Assembly: GCA_963702205.1 (NCBI GenBank)
Contig: OY969724.1
Span: 1,888,001 to 1,952,000, forward strand
DNA: 64,000 bases
Source: an uncultured candidate division Zixibacteria bacterium
GTDB lineage: Bacteria; Zixibacteria; MSB-5A5; GN15; PGXB01
Direction of reading: 5' to 3'
Part shown: in pieces, positions 11,031-22,052 of the stretch
Layout: the number at the start of each line of letters is the position of its first letter
Numbering within the stretch: position 1 is the first letter of the stretch
The notes under the pieces: generated by a model
The model's database searches: none
The model's input: only the letters and a program-made list of their open reading frames with translations
Told to the model about the DNA's origin: nothing
Translations under genes and position numbers: made by a program

Positions 11031-12398
11031 TTATATTAGCCGGAAAATTTTGCCGGGATTGAACAGATCAACAGGATCAAATGTGTCCTTTATTCTTCTC
11101 ATGTGGTCGATGGTCGGGGGCGAGAATTCCAAATCGAGGAAATCCCTTTTTGTCAGCCCGATACCGTGCTCGCCGGTCAATGTTCCGCCCAATTCCAAAG
11201 TCTTCCTGAACAGCCTCGCGATGGCGTTCTGCAGGACTTCCGGCTCGATCGACTGGCCTTCCGAGACAAGAAAATTGACATGCAGGTTGCCGTCACCGGC
11301 GTGGCCATAGGAGTTCACCCGGATTGCAAGTTCTTTGTTTAGCTGCGCCACAAAGTCGACCAGTTCGGGAAGCCGCGAGGGCGGCACGCAGACGTCCTCG
11401 GCGATCTTTTCTTTGGTCGAGGCCTTAACCGCTTTGGACATATTTCTCCGGATTTTCCAAAGTGCTTCGATTTTGATCGTGTCAGTTTCTCGTTCCAGGA
11501 GAGTTGCCTTATGGCTCCGGCAAATGTCGAAAATTCGTTCGGCTTTTTTCTCCGAATTTTGGCCGTCGGTTTCAAAGAGCAGCATCGCCTCGGCTCGGCC
11601 AATTTCGATAGCCGGTTCATAGGCGACGGAGCAGGCGATGGCGTCGCCGTCGAGAAATTCCATAACCGCCGGGACAATCCCGCGCGCGGTGACTTCTGAC
11701 ACTGTTTTGGCGGCGTCCTCGGTCGAGCCGAAGGCAGACAATATAGCCGTGCCCGGTTCGGGCAGGTCTATCAGTCGCACGGCGATCTCGGTGATTGCGG
11801 CCAGCAGGCCTTCTGAACCGAGCAGAACACCGGTCAGATTGAACAGGTCGCCGTCGGAATAGACGCCCGTTTGTAGAAGCTCCCCGCCGCTTGTGACCGC
11901 CTTGAGGCCAATAATATAGTCTTTGGTGACGCCGTATTTGATGCAGTGCAGGCCGCCGGCGTTTTCGGCGACGTTCCCGCCGAGGGTCGACTCATCGTAG
12001 CTGGCCGGGTCGGGAGGATAATAAAGCCCCGAGGCTTCGGCCATCTTCATAAGGTCGATCGTAATGACTCCCGGACCGCAAAAGGCCATTTTGCGATCGG
12101 GAAACATGTCAATATTATCCAACTTTTCCAGAGCCAGCACCAGCCCGCCACCCGTCGGTACCGAACCGCCCGTATATCCGGTCCCGGCGCCTCGGAAAAA
12201 TATCGGGATGTTGTCTTCGCGGCAGATATTGACCGCATCGATCACGTCAGATTCAGATTCAGCGAATAGAATCGCGCCCGGTTCGGCGGTCAACTCTGAG
12301 GCGTCTTTGTGATATTCTGGAAAATCCGCCACATTGAATTTAAGGCGGTCCTGAAATTTTTTTTCGAGTCGCGTGAAGCGCTCTTTTTCAATAGTCAT
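11031..12398 (-). CDS. FAD-linked oxidase, GlcD/D-lactate dehydrogenase family
   Basis: RGAGTG, PPDPAS, GGNVAENAGG, GHAGDGNLH, GEHGIG, NPGK. Confidence 0.9.
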   Translation of the reverse strand: MTIEKERFTRLEKKFQDRLKFNVADFPEYHKDASELTAEPGAILFAESESDVIDAVNICREDNIPIFFRGAGTGYTGGSVPTGGGLVLALEKLDNIDMFPDRKMAFCGPGVITIDLMKMAEASGLYYPPDPASYDESTLGGNVAENAGGLHCIKYGVTKDYIIGLKAVTSGGELLQTGVYSDGDLFNLTGVLLGSEGLLAAITEIAVRLIDLPEPGTAILSAFGSTEDAAKTVSEVTARGIVPAVMEFLDGDAIACSVAYEPAIEIGRAEAMLLFETDGQNSEKKAERIFDICRSHKATLLERETDTIKIEALWKIRRNMSKAVKASTKEKIAEDVCVPPSRLPELVDFVAQLNKELAIRVNSYGHAGDGNLHVNFLVSEGQSIEPEVLQNAIARLFRKTLELGGTLTGEHGIGLTKRDFLDLEFSPPTIDHMRRIKDTFDPVDLFNPGKIFRLI

Positions 12399-12422
12399 AG
12401 TACAAAGACTACGAAATATATA

Positions 12423-12704
12423 TCACGATTTCGAGTCGGATGGTTTCTTCGTCCCGGATTTTTCCGATTTCGCCGGGCTGCTTTTGGCCGAATCCGCCTC
12501 CGCGGCCTTTTTGTATGATTGAGAGCGGTAGTCGGTCGTATAAAAGCCCGAACCTTTGAACAACACACCGGCGCCACCGGTTATCAGCCGACGAACCTTC
12601 TTTTCGCCGCATTTGGGACAGGCGTCGATCGGATCGTCCGTCATCTGTTGAAATTCCTCGAATTCATGGCCGCAGACATCGCATATATACTGGTAAGTCG
12701 GCAT
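12423..12704 (-). CDS. FmdB family zinc-ribbon protein
   Basis: MPTYQYICDVCGH...CPKCG...FKGSGFYTTDY. Confidence 0.9.
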   Translation of the reverse strand: MPTYQYICDVCGHEFEEFQQMTDDPIDACPKCGEKKVRRLITGGAGVLFKGSGFYTTDYRSQSYKKAAEADSAKSSPAKSEKSGTKKPSDSKS

Positions 12705-12725
12705 TTCGAGCCATCCTCATATTTT

Positions 12726-12755
12726 AATGCCGCCCGTCATACAGGCGGCATTTTA
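12726..12755. terminator. hairpin or possible terminator downstream of pckA
   Basis: AATGCCGCC/GGCGGCATT stem. Confidence 0.5.
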
Positions 12756-12792
12756 ATTACCTGAACAAAATCGAACGGTAAAGGTTCGGCAG

Positions 12793-14457
12793 CTAAACCT
12801 TAAAATCCTGCTTCACCGGACCGGCCTGAGTGATTTCCTCGGGGGTTCCTTCCGAGAATTTCTTGAAATTCTCGATGAACAGCGCGGCCAGCTGCAGGTA
12901 TTTATTCTTGTAAGCGGCGCGGTCGCCCCAGGTGTCGGCCGGGTTGAGTACCTTTTCCGGAACGCCGTCGCAGAACCTGGGCACCTCGAAACCGAACACA
13001 GGATCTCTGCGGAATTCGACTTCCAGCAGCTTGCCGTCGAGCGCCGCGTTCAGAAGTGTCCGCGTATGATGGATACTCATCCGTTTCCCGACCCCGTACT
13101 GTCCGCCCGACCATCCGGTATTGACCAGCCAGCAGTTGACACCGTGCTTCATGATTTTGTTGCGCAGAAGCTCGGCATAATAGTATGGATGATGCACCAT
13201 GAACGGCGCACCGAAACAGGCGCTGAACGTTATCTCCGGTTCCTTACCAAGATCGATTTCGGTGCCGCTGACTTTCGACGTATATCCAGAAATGAAATGA
13301 TACATGGCCTGTTCCGGGGTCAGCCTGGCGATCGGAGGCATGACGCCCGAGGCGTCGCAGGTCAGCATGATGATGTTTTTGGGATGCCCGGCTGTTTTGG
13401 GCTTGTAAAGGTTGTCTATGAAACGCAGGGGATAGGCCGCCCGAGTATTTTCGGTCAGGGATTCATCGTCGAGGTCCAGTTTACGTGTTATGGGATCATA
13501 AATCACGTTTTCCAGAATCGTGCCGTACTTACGGGTGCAGGCGTAAATCTGCGGTTCTGCAGAGGGGGAGAGGGCGATCACTTTGGCATAACAGCCGCCT
13601 TCGAAGTTGAAAATTCCTTCGTCGCTCCAGCCGTGTTCGTCGTCGCCGATCAACTGCCGCGCCGGATCGGCCGAAAGGGTCGTCTTACCGGTTCCGGACA
13701 GACCGAAGAAGAGGGCGGTGTCGCCTTCTTTGCCGACGTTGGCCGAACAGTGCATCGAGAGAACGCCGTCGCGGGGCAGCAAGTAATTCAAAACCGTGAA
13801 GATAGACTTCTTTATTTCGCCGCCGTATTCGGACTGACCGATAATGCAAAGCTTGCGGGCGAAATTGAGCAGGATAAACGTCGTCGAGCGGGTTCCGTCG
13901 ATTTCAGGAGTCGCCCGGAAACCGGGCACGGCGATAACCGTGAATTCCGGCACGAACTTGCGCAGTTCATCGTGAGTTTCGGCCGTGATGAACATGTTGC
14001 GCGCGAAATGCGAGTGCCAGGCCAGCTCGGTGATAATTCTCACCGGCAGGCGATAGTTGGGGTCGGCTCCGGCATAGCAGTCCTGCACGAACAGGTCGCG
14101 CTGCTGCAGGTATCCCTGGACGCGGTGGAAGACTTCGTCGAATTTGTCCTGATTGAAAGGACGGTTGTACTGTCCCCACCAGATATGTTCTTCGGTTTCC
14201 GGCTCGCGGACGATGAATTTGTCATTGGCGGCGCGGGCGGTCCATTCTCCGGTTTCGACCACGAACGGGCCGTCGTACGACAGATGTCCCTCACCACGGA
14301 AAATCGCCTCTTCGTACAGCGCCTCGGTGGTAAGGTTCCAATAAACGTTGTGCAGGTTCCGCAAACCCAAATGGCTCAGGCTGAATTCGCTTTTGACGAC
14401 CTGCGCCTGCTTCTGGGCCGGAGTCTTGATATCTATGACGTAAGTTGTCGACTTCAT
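12793..14457 (-). CDS. pckA: phosphoenolpyruvate carboxykinase (ATP)
   Basis: GEIKKSIF, MHCSAN, FGLSGTGKTTLS, IGDDEHGW, NFEGGCYAK, WLVNTGW. Confidence 0.96.
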   Translation of the reverse strand: MKSTTYVIDIKTPAQKQAQVVKSEFSLSHLGLRNLHNVYWNLTTEALYEEAIFRGEGHLSYDGPFVVETGEWTARAANDKFIVREPETEEHIWWGQYNRPFNQDKFDEVFHRVQGYLQQRDLFVQDCYAGADPNYRLPVRIITELAWHSHFARNMFITAETHDELRKFVPEFTVIAVPGFRATPEIDGTRSTTFILLNFARKLCIIGQSEYGGEIKKSIFTVLNYLLPRDGVLSMHCSANVGKEGDTALFFGLSGTGKTTLSADPARQLIGDDEHGWSDEGIFNFEGGCYAKVIALSPSAEPQIYACTRKYGTILENVIYDPITRKLDLDDESLTENTRAAYPLRFIDNLYKPKTAGHPKNIIMLTCDASGVMPPIARLTPEQAMYHFISGYTSKVSGTEIDLGKEPEITFSACFGAPFMVHHPYYYAELLRNKIMKHGVNCWLVNTGWSGGQYGVGKRMSIHHTRTLLNAALDGKLLEVEFRRDPVFGFEVPRFCDGVPEKVLNPADTWGDRAAYKNKYLQLAALFIENFKKFSEGTPEEITQAGPVKQDFKV

Positions 14458-15671
14458 TTCCAGTCCCTCCGCAATTTACGGTCGCCGATGTAGATTTCGT
14501 TGGGTGATTCGGGATCGAGGGCCCACTTGATACGAGCCACGCCTTCCGTGATTTCCTTGATCGAGCCGCAGTAACTCAAACGCAGATGTCCTTCCATGCC
14601 GAATTCACCACCCGGCACCGTTACCACGAGCGCTTTTTCCAGCAGGAATTTCGACAAGGCCACCGAGTTCTTGTTGTATGCCCGAAAATCAGGGAGGCAG
14701 TAGAACGTGCCGTCGGGTTTGATCGTCTTTACGCCGGTGAAGGCGTTCAGTTCGTTGAGCATGACGTCGCGGTTGTTCTGCAGGGTCATCCGCATCGATT
14801 CGACACTGCTCTGGACGCCCATCAGGGCCCCCGCTGCTGCGGCCTGCACTATGACCGACGTGCACGATGAGTTCTGGGCCTGGATGTTGATCATCGCCGC
14901 CGTTATCTTTTTGTTGGCGATGACCCAGCCGACCCGGAAGCCGGTCATGGCGTAGACTTTTGAAACGCCGTTGATCACGACAATGTGTGAGGACTCGGAG
15001 TCGTCTTTGGCGAATTGGTACACCGACGGTGCTTTCTTGCCATCGAAAACCAGTTTGTGATAAATGTCGTCCATTATCAGGTAAATGCCCTTTTTCTCGC
15101 AGAACTCGACCAGTTGGGCGATAAAGTCGGCCGAATAGACAGCACCCGAGGGGTTGTTGGGGCTGTTGACGATAATGGCTTTGGTGTACGACCCGACCTT
15201 CTCGGTGATATCTTCAAGACGCGGCTGGAACCGGCCGTCTTCGGGTGTGACAATAACCGGGATGCCGTAGACCATCTTCACAATTTCAGGATAGCTGACC
15301 CAGTACGGGGCGAGAATAATGACTTCGTCCTGCGGGTTGATGATCGCCATCATGAGGTTGTATAGCGAATGTTTGGCACCGTTCGAGACGATAACGTTTT
15401 CCGGCCCGACGATTTTGTTGTAGTTTTCTTCGGTATAACGGATGATGGCTTTTATCAAAGTCGGGATGCCTTCGGTCGGAGTATAGCGTATGTCGGCCGT
15501 AGTCAGCTTGGCCGACGCTCCGAGCACGGCTTCGATGGGAACCTTGTCTTTGGGTTCCCCGGCGCCGAGGTGGATGACCTTTTCGCCCTTCTCCCTCAAA
15601 AGTCGGGCTTTTTCGTTCATTACCAGAGTCGGTGACTCTTTTATTTCACGGGCAAGTTGACTTATGCTCAT
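14454..15671 (-). CDS. PLP-dependent aminotransferase class I (aspartate aminotransferase-like)
   Basis: GAKHSL, NSPNNPSG, DDIY, SKVYAMTGFRVG. Confidence 0.9.
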   Translation of the reverse strand: MSISQLAREIKESPTLVMNEKARLLREKGEKVIHLGAGEPKDKVPIEAVLGASAKLTTADIRYTPTEGIPTLIKAIIRYTEENYNKIVGPENVIVSNGAKHSLYNLMMAIINPQDEVIILAPYWVSYPEIVKMVYGIPVIVTPEDGRFQPRLEDITEKVGSYTKAIIVNSPNNPSGAVYSADFIAQLVEFCEKKGIYLIMDDIYHKLVFDGKKAPSVYQFAKDDSESSHIVVINGVSKVYAMTGFRVGWVIANKKITAAMINIQAQNSSCTSVIVQAAAAGALMGVQSSVESMRMTLQNNRDVMLNELNAFTGVKTIKPDGTFYCLPDFRAYNKNSVALSKFLLEKALVVTVPGGEFGMEGHLRLSYCGSIKEITEGVARIKWALDPESPNEIYIGDRKLRRDWK

Positions 15672-15674
15672 GTT

Positions 15675-16694
15675 TTATCCTCTCATTAACAGTGCAATTG
15701 CGGAAACGTCGACGATATCCTCGGCCGAACATCCGCGCGACAAATCGTTGGCCGGTTTGGCCAGACCCTGCACTATCGGGCCGGTCGCGAACGCCTTGGC
15801 CAACCGCTCGGTTAATTTATAGGCGATATTCCCGGCGTCAAGATCGGGGAAAATGAAGACATTGGCCTGACCGGCCACCTCGGAGTCACCGACCTTGCGT
15901 TTGGCGATCGACGGGATGATTGCGGCGTCGACCTGAAGTTCACCGTCGATTTTCAGGTGCGGAAAATCTCTTCTCACGATTTCCAGCGCCTGCGTGACTT
16001 TGGTCACGTCGCTGTGTTTGGCCGAACCTTTGGTCGAAAATGACAGCATCGCGACTCTGGGTTCTTCGCCGGTCAAATTTTTATGTGTCTGGGCCGTTGC
16101 CGCCGCGATCGAGGCGAGCTGCTCGGCGGTCGGGTTCGGCACGACGGCGCCGTCGGCGTACATGACCGTTTTGTAATCGCCGGTTTCGAGATAATCGGGG
16201 ATGGTCATCATGAACGCCCCGGAGACGGTGTTGATGCCCGGAGCCATGCCGATCACCTGTATGGCGGCGCGGAGCACGTCGCCGGTAGTATTGACCGCCC
16301 CGGCGACGGAGGCATCGGCCAGGTCGTTCTGAACCATCATGGCCCCGTAGAATAGCGTCTGCTTCATGGCGGCCACGGCTTCTTCTTCGGTGATATTTTT
16401 CTTCTCGCGCATTTTGACAAACTGCGCGACAAAATTGCCGAAATTGTCGGACGTGGCCGGGTCGATGACGTTGACTCTGCCCAGGTCCAGGCTGTTTTTT
16501 CCGGCCAGTTTGGCGATCTGGTCTTTGTCGCCCAAAATAGTCACTTCGGCCATGTTGATATTCACTATTTCCTTTGCGGCCAGGATGGTTCGCTCTTCGG
16601 TGCCTTCGGGCAAAACCACATGACGATTCTTCGATTTCGCCTTGTCCCGAATTTCTTCGATTATCCGGGGTTTGTTACTTACTGCCGTTGACAC
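15675..16694 (-). CDS. pta: phosphate acetyltransferase
   Basis: [46 protein letters not shown]. Confidence 0.95.
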   Translation of the reverse strand: MSTAVSNKPRIIEEIRDKAKSKNRHVVLPEGTEERTILAAKEIVNINMAEVTILGDKDQIAKLAGKNSLDLGRVNVIDPATSDNFGNFVAQFVKMREKKNITEEEAVAAMKQTLFYGAMMVQNDLADASVAGAVNTTGDVLRAAIQVIGMAPGINTVSGAFMMTIPDYLETGDYKTVMYADGAVVPNPTAEQLASIAAATAQTHKNLTGEEPRVAMLSFSTKGSAKHSDVTKVTQALEIVRRDFPHLKIDGELQVDAAIIPSIAKRKVGDSEVAGQANVFIFPDLDAGNIAYKLTERLAKAFATGPIVQGLAKPANDLSRGCSAEDIVDVSAIALLMRG

Positions 16695-16729
16695 GATTCT
16701 ATCTCCTTAATATATGTTCAAAAGGGTTG

Positions 16730-17831
16730 CTAATTATCGCTCAGTTCGGGGTCGCTCAAAAAGGCCTCGATAAATTTATCGATGGCGCCGTCCATGACGG
16801 CCTGCACGTTCGAGGTTTCCGTATCGGTCCGATGATCCTTGACGAGGTTGTACGGATGAAATATATAGCTTCGGATCTGCGAGCCCCATTCAATTTTCTT
16901 TTTGGTCTTTTCCATTTCTTCGCGCTTCAGTCGCTGTTCTTCGAGCTGCAGTTGATACAGCCGCGACCGCAGCATTTTCATGGCCGTCGCCCGGTTCTTT
17001 ATCTGGCTTCGCTCGTTCTGGCACTGCACCACGATTCCGGTGGGATTGTGCGTGATGCGCACCGCCGATGACGTCTTGTTGACGTGCTGTCCACCCGCAC
17101 CGGAAGAACGGTAGGTGTCGATCCGAATATCGTCATCGTCGATTTCGATTTCGATGTTGTCGTCGACTTCGGGGTAGACATAGATTGATACGAACGACGT
17201 GTGCCTGCGGCTGTTGGCGTCGAAAGGCGAGATGCGCACCAGGCGATGCACCCCGGATTCGGCCTTGAGATACCCGTAGGCGTACTCACCGACCACTTCC
17301 ATCGTGACGGCTTTAATTCCGGCTTCTTCGCCCGGTTGATAGTCGAGCAGCTGCGTTTCATAACCGTGAATTTCGCACCAGCGGTTGTACATACGGAAGA
17401 GCATGTTGGCCCAATCCTGCAATTCGGTCCCGCCCGCACCGGGGTGTATGGTCAAAATGGCGTTGCGCTCGTCATCGCGCCCCGAAAGGAGCGTGGTCAA
17501 CTCCAGTTTATCGACGTCGCTCGAAATTGTATTCAATGAGTTTATAATCTCGGATGCGTCATTGGTGTTTTCTTCCACCATCTCCGCCAGTTCATCGAGA
17601 TCGTTCAGTTCTTTTTCCTGCTTTTCTATCGTTTCGATCCAGCGGCGATGACCGGAAATTTCTTTGAGTATCGACTGAGCCTTTTGGTTGTCATCCCAGA
17701 AGTCGGGAGCGGCGGTGTATTTTTCTAACTTGTTAATTTTTTCACGACGTCCGTCCAAGTCAAAGAAACCTCCTGAGTTTGGAAACCCTTGTCTTTAGGA
17801 CGGATATGGTCTCTTTGGCGTCGCTTAACAT
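16730..17831 (-). CDS. prfB: peptide chain release factor 2 with programmed +1 frameshift
   Basis: 23-codon first frame from ATG 17831 ends AGGAGG TTT CTT TGA C; second frame has SPF and GGQ motifs. Confidence 0.96.
17759..17774 (-). promoter_or_regulatory. prfB +1 frameshift site (internal SD, CTT TGA C)
   Basis: Minus strand AGGAGGTTTCTTTGAC. Confidence 0.95.
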
Positions 17832-18009
17832 CTTACACTCCTTCAAAAAGATATATATAATATATCATTTTACGCAAATGTCAATCGAATTACGAGAAGC
17901 TATTATTATTTCGGCGCACAAATTAGCGGAATATTCGTTAGGCTCTTTATGGCAATTAGTTTGACAAACTCCCGGCAGTCTCTATCTTGGGCCAAAAGGA
18001 AATAAAAAT

Positions 18010-18654
18010 ATGTCGAACCTGAATATGGAAACTCTGGTGGTCGGGCCGCTTGAGGTCAACTGCTATCTGGTCTGGGACAATGCCGACAAAATCGGAGTCG
18101 TCATCGACCCCGGCGACGAGGACGAGCGCATAATTGAAGTCATTGACAGTCATGGTGTTGACCTTAAGGCGATACTCCTGACTCACGGCCACGGCGACCA
18201 TATCGCAGCGGTCGAACCGATCAAAGAAAAATATGGCGTCCCGATTTATTTGGGTGACGGCGATCAGGAGCTGCTAATAAAGCCGTCGGCCAATATGTCA
18301 GCTTTCTACGGTCAGCCGATAACCTGCCCTCCGGCAGACAATATCCTGCGCGATAATGACGTCTTTGTCATCGGCTCGCTGGAGTTCAACGTTATCGCCA
18401 CACCCGGACATTCGCCGGGCGGCATTTGCTATCTGGTCCGCGATCACCTGTTTTGCGGCGATACGCTGTTTTACGGCTCGATTGGCCGGACCGACCTTCC
18501 GGGCAGCTCGTTTAAGCAGTTGATCGATTCGATAGATAAAAATCTTCTGAGACTCCCCGAAAATATGGTTTGCTATCCCGGACACGGGCCGTTTACCACT
18601 ATCGGTGCCGAAAAGCACAATAATCCGTTCTTGAGCGGGAACCGGTTCGTATAA
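18010..18654 (+). CDS. MBL-fold metallo-hydrolase (glyoxalase II-like)
   Basis: THGHGDH, TPGHSPG, GDTLF, PGHG. Confidence 0.92.
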   Translation: MSNLNMETLVVGPLEVNCYLVWDNADKIGVVIDPGDEDERIIEVIDSHGVDLKAILLTHGHGDHIAAVEPIKEKYGVPIYLGDGDQELLIKPSANMSAFYGQPITCPPADNILRDNDVFVIGSLEFNVIATPGHSPGGICYLVRDHLFCGDTLFYGSIGRTDLPGSSFKQLIDSIDKNLLRLPENMVCYPGHGPFTTIGAEKHNNPFLSGNRFV

Positions 18655-18677
18655 GAGAAAATCCCTACGGAGGCTAT

Positions 18678-19508
18678 ATGAGTTACAGCGGCTATGCCAT
18701 ATCCGACTATCACGTCCACCCAAACTTTTCCATCGACGCCGAGGGGACAATCGACGAACACTGCCGGGCGGCCCTCAAAGCCGGTTTGAAAGAAATTTGT
18801 TTTACGACCCATTTCGATAACGACCCGGATTACAACTCCCGTGACCGCTCGATTGTGATTGACGGCCAACCCGAACCGCTCTCGGATAAAGCCATCGAGA
18901 AATATATCGACGCCGTGAAAGCCGCCAACAAAGAATATTTCCCGCTTGGGCTGGCGATAAAAGTCGGAATTGAAGTCGGGTATTTTCCGGGATGCGAAAA
19001 AGGAACGGCACAGCTTTTCGACCGTCACGATTTCGATTATAAACTGGTCGGCATCCACGACGTCGACCACGTCTGTTTCTGCAGCAGGAAAGAAGCTGAA
19101 AGCTGCTTTGCCAGATATGATGTCGATCGGTTCGCCGACCTCTATTTCGAGCAGGCCAAAGCCGCTGCCGAATGCGGGCTGTTCGATGCCATCGCTCATC
19201 TCGACGTTTATCGCCGATATGGCCTGACACATTACGGCGAGCCGTTGTTGAAAATCCACGAAGGACGGATCGAGCCGGTCTTCGAAGTCATGGCCCAAAC
19301 CGGGACCGGCTTTGAAATCAACACCGCCGCGTACCGACACGGCTTGAATGAATTCTATCCCACCATGCCGATAATCAACCTGGCGCGTTTTATGGGTGTC
19401 TCGGTTCGCGCCATCGGCTCCGATGCCCACAAACCGGAGCAGGTCGGCCAGAATCTCGATATGGCCGCCGCCGTGGCGTATGAGATATTTCCCTATACTG
19501 ACGAATGA
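18678..19508 (+). CDS. PHP-family histidinol phosphatase (HisJ/HisK-like)
   Basis: DYHVH, FTTH, GIEVG, AHLD, EINT, GSDAH. Confidence 0.85.
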   Translation: MSYSGYAISDYHVHPNFSIDAEGTIDEHCRAALKAGLKEICFTTHFDNDPDYNSRDRSIVIDGQPEPLSDKAIEKYIDAVKAANKEYFPLGLAIKVGIEVGYFPGCEKGTAQLFDRHDFDYKLVGIHDVDHVCFCSRKEAESCFARYDVDRFADLYFEQAKAAAECGLFDAIAHLDVYRRYGLTHYGEPLLKIHEGRIEPVFEVMAQTGTGFEINTAAYRHGLNEFYPTMPIINLARFMGVSVRAIGSDAHKPEQVGQNLDMAAAVAYEIFPYTDE

Positions 19509-20125
19509 CCCCGATGACAGAATCCATGAAAAAGTTACCGATGGAATTCTATACCCGGCCGACTCTGGAAGTCGCGCGGGATTTAATCGGGAAAGTTCTT
19601 GTTTATAATTCAGATGGTGCAAGAGTCAGCGCACGTCTGGTTGAAGTAGAAGCTTATATTGGCCGCGATGATCCCGCCTGTCATGCGGCGGTAGGCAGGA
19701 CCGAAAGGAACGCCGTCATGTTCGGACCCGGAGGGTTCGGGTATATCTACTTCATTTATGGCATGTATTATTGCCTGAACGTCGTTACTGAAAACGAGGG
19801 TTTCCCGGCGGCGGTATTGATAAGAGCCGCCGAGCCCCAAGATGGGGAAGACATCCTTCGCATGCGCTACCGGGCCGACCATAAAAATTTGTTAACAAAC
19901 GGACCGGGAAAACTTTGCAAGGCCTTCGGGTTGACCCGCGAACAAAACGGTCTTGATTTGACCGGGCCGACTCTCTATCTTGAGGACTGTGATTATCGTC
20001 CCGGTAAAATTATGCGAACCGAAAGAATCGGCATAAAGGTCGGGCGGGATAAATTGTGGCGCTTTTATGAAGACGGTTCGCGGTTTGTTTCAGCCACCGG
20101 AAAAAAATCAAGCTTGTTGCGATAA
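19505..20125 (+). CDS. mpg: DNA-3-methyladenine glycosylase (AAG/MPG family)
   Basis: EVEAY, DPACH, YIYFIYGMYYCLNVV, AVLIRA, NGPGKLC, RIGI. Confidence 0.93.
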   Translation: MTPMTESMKKLPMEFYTRPTLEVARDLIGKVLVYNSDGARVSARLVEVEAYIGRDDPACHAAVGRTERNAVMFGPGGFGYIYFIYGMYYCLNVVTENEGFPAAVLIRAAEPQDGEDILRMRYRADHKNLLTNGPGKLCKAFGLTREQNGLDLTGPTLYLEDCDYRPGKIMRTERIGIKVGRDKLWRFYEDGSRFVSATGKKSSLLR

Positions 20126-20139
20126 ACGGAGTTGCAAGA

Positions 20140-21417
20140 ATGGCACAGAAAAAAAGAATCAAATCGGTCACCATTCCGGTATCCACGTTCCAAAACGTGA
20201 TGAAGCAGTTCGACCAGGCTGCCGGCCGTCTGAATATCGAAAAAGGTCTCCTCGAATTCCTGAAATATCCGACGCGCAGTACGATTGTCAAACTGCCGGT
20301 TCGTATGGACGACGGCCGTTTCGAAATGTTCACCGGCTACCGGGTCCAGCATTCTATTGTCAGAGGACCGGCCAAGGGCGGGATACGCTATCACCCCGAC
20401 GTCTGTCTTGATGAAGTGCAGGCGCTGGCATCGTGGATGACCTGGAAATGCGCCGTGGTCAATGTCCCCTTCGGAGGCGGCAAGGGCGGCATCACCTGTG
20501 ATCCGACGACAATGACCAAAGGCGAGCTGGAACGCCTGACCCGTCGTTACACGGCCAGTATTTTCGATATCGTCGGTCCGGAAAGCGATATTCCTGCGCC
20601 CGATGTCAACACCAACGAAGAAACGATGGCATGGTTTATGGACACGTACTCCATGCACGCCCGCCATACGGTGACCTCGGTCGTGACGGGCAAACCGATT
20701 TCGCTGGGCGGCTCGCTGGGACGGCGGGAAGCGACCGGGGCCGGGGTAGTTATCACTACCCGTGAGGCGATGAAGCACCTCGGGATAGATCCGTCGCAAG
20801 CGACGGCCTCGGTCCAGGGTTTCGGCAACGTCGGATCGATCTCGGCAATGTTCTTGCAGCGTCAGGGCGTGAGCATCACGCACGTGTGCGACGTCTACGG
20901 TGGTTTGTATAAAAAAGACGGTATCGATATAGCCGGGTTGATGAAATATGTAAAGCAGAACGGTCGCATTGTCGGATTTCCGGGAGCCGAGCCGATCGAC
21001 AAAAACGAAATATTGTACGCCGACGTCGATATCCTTGTCCCGGCGGCACTGGAAAATCAGATCACCGAAGAAAACGCCGGAGATATTCAGGCGAAAATTA
21101 TCGCCGAAGGCGCCAATGGGCCGGTCACGCCGGATGCCGATCCGATTCTGCAGAAAAACAACATACTGGTCATACCCGATATTTTGTGCAACGCCGGCGG
21201 CGTGACCGTATCGTATTTCGAATGGGTACAGGACCGACTTGGGTTCTTCTGGACCGAAGAAGAAGTCAACACGCGGCTGGAACGGTTTATGGTCAGCGCC
21301 TTTAACGATGTACTGAAAGTGGCCGTGGACAACGACGTGCATATGCGCATGGCGGCGTTTATGGTCGGCATCCAGAGAGTCGCCGACGTGGTTATGCTGC
21401 GCGGCATGTACGCATAG
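20140..21417 (+). CDS. gdhA: Glu/Leu/Phe/Val dehydrogenase (glutamate dehydrogenase)
   Basis: GPAKGGIRY, MTWK, GGGKGG, PAPD, QGFGNVG, EGANGP, NAGGVTVSYFEW. Confidence 0.92.
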   Translation: MAQKKRIKSVTIPVSTFQNVMKQFDQAAGRLNIEKGLLEFLKYPTRSTIVKLPVRMDDGRFEMFTGYRVQHSIVRGPAKGGIRYHPDVCLDEVQALASWMTWKCAVVNVPFGGGKGGITCDPTTMTKGELERLTRRYTASIFDIVGPESDIPAPDVNTNEETMAWFMDTYSMHARHTVTSVVTGKPISLGGSLGRREATGAGVVITTREAMKHLGIDPSQATASVQGFGNVGSISAMFLQRQGVSITHVCDVYGGLYKKDGIDIAGLMKYVKQNGRIVGFPGAEPIDKNEILYADVDILVPAALENQITEENAGDIQAKIIAEGANGPVTPDADPILQKNNILVIPDILCNAGGVTVSYFEWVQDRLGFFWTEEEVNTRLERFMVSAFNDVLKVAVDNDVHMRMAAFMVGIQRVADVVMLRGMYA

Positions 21418-21430
21418 GAAGATTTTCTTT

Positions 21431-22048
21431 ATGGATATGGTGAAACAAGCGCTGTTGTCTTTGCCGGTACTGCTCTTGAGTCTGACGATTCATGAGTTCT
21501 CGCACGGGTATGTCGCCTACTGCTTCGGCAATTCGACGGCCAAGGACGCCGGTCGACTGACCCTTAATCCGCTGAAGCATCTGGACCTGTTCGGAGTGCT
21601 CGTATTTTTCCTGTCGCAGTTTCGGTTCGGCTGGGCCAAACCGGTCCCGGTGAATCCCCTTAATTTAAGAAATCCACGCGTCGCGGATTTTTGGGTGTCC
21701 GCCGCCGGACCGCTGTCCAATATCGGGCAGGCTTTTATTTTCGGATTGCTTTTCCGCATGGTCAGCGGCGGCATGCAGAATGTACCACCGGCGGTTCTTT
21801 ACTTTTGTTTTTATGGTGTAACTATCAACCTGACCCTGGCGTTTTTCAACCTGATTCCGCTGTATCCTCTGGACGGCTCGCACATGCTTAAAAATATTCT
21901 GCCTCCGGAAATGGCGATGAAAATGTCCGAAGTTGACCGCTTTGCACCGTTTCTGCTGATGATTCTCATCTTCATGGGAGGCATCTGGTTCGTGATAGGG
22001 CCATTTGTCCAGCCGATTGTTCACCTGTTTACGGGGGTGCACATATAA
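21431..22048 (+). CDS. site-2 protease (M50) family
   Basis: HEFSH, AAGPLSN, FNLIPLYPLDG. Confidence 0.92.
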   Translation: MDMVKQALLSLPVLLLSLTIHEFSHGYVAYCFGNSTAKDAGRLTLNPLKHLDLFGVLVFFLSQFRFGWAKPVPVNPLNLRNPRVADFWVSAAGPLSNIGQAFIFGLLFRMVSGGMQNVPPAVLYFCFYGVTINLTLAFFNLIPLYPLDGSHMLKNILPPEMAMKMSEVDRFAPFLLMILIFMGGIWFVIGPFVQPIVHLFTGVHI

Positions 22049-22052
22049 GTAA

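Noticed and set aside
17759..17774. Frameshift in prfB as a novelty or an error
   Set aside because: It is the well-known programmed +1 frameshift (SD + CTT TGA C).
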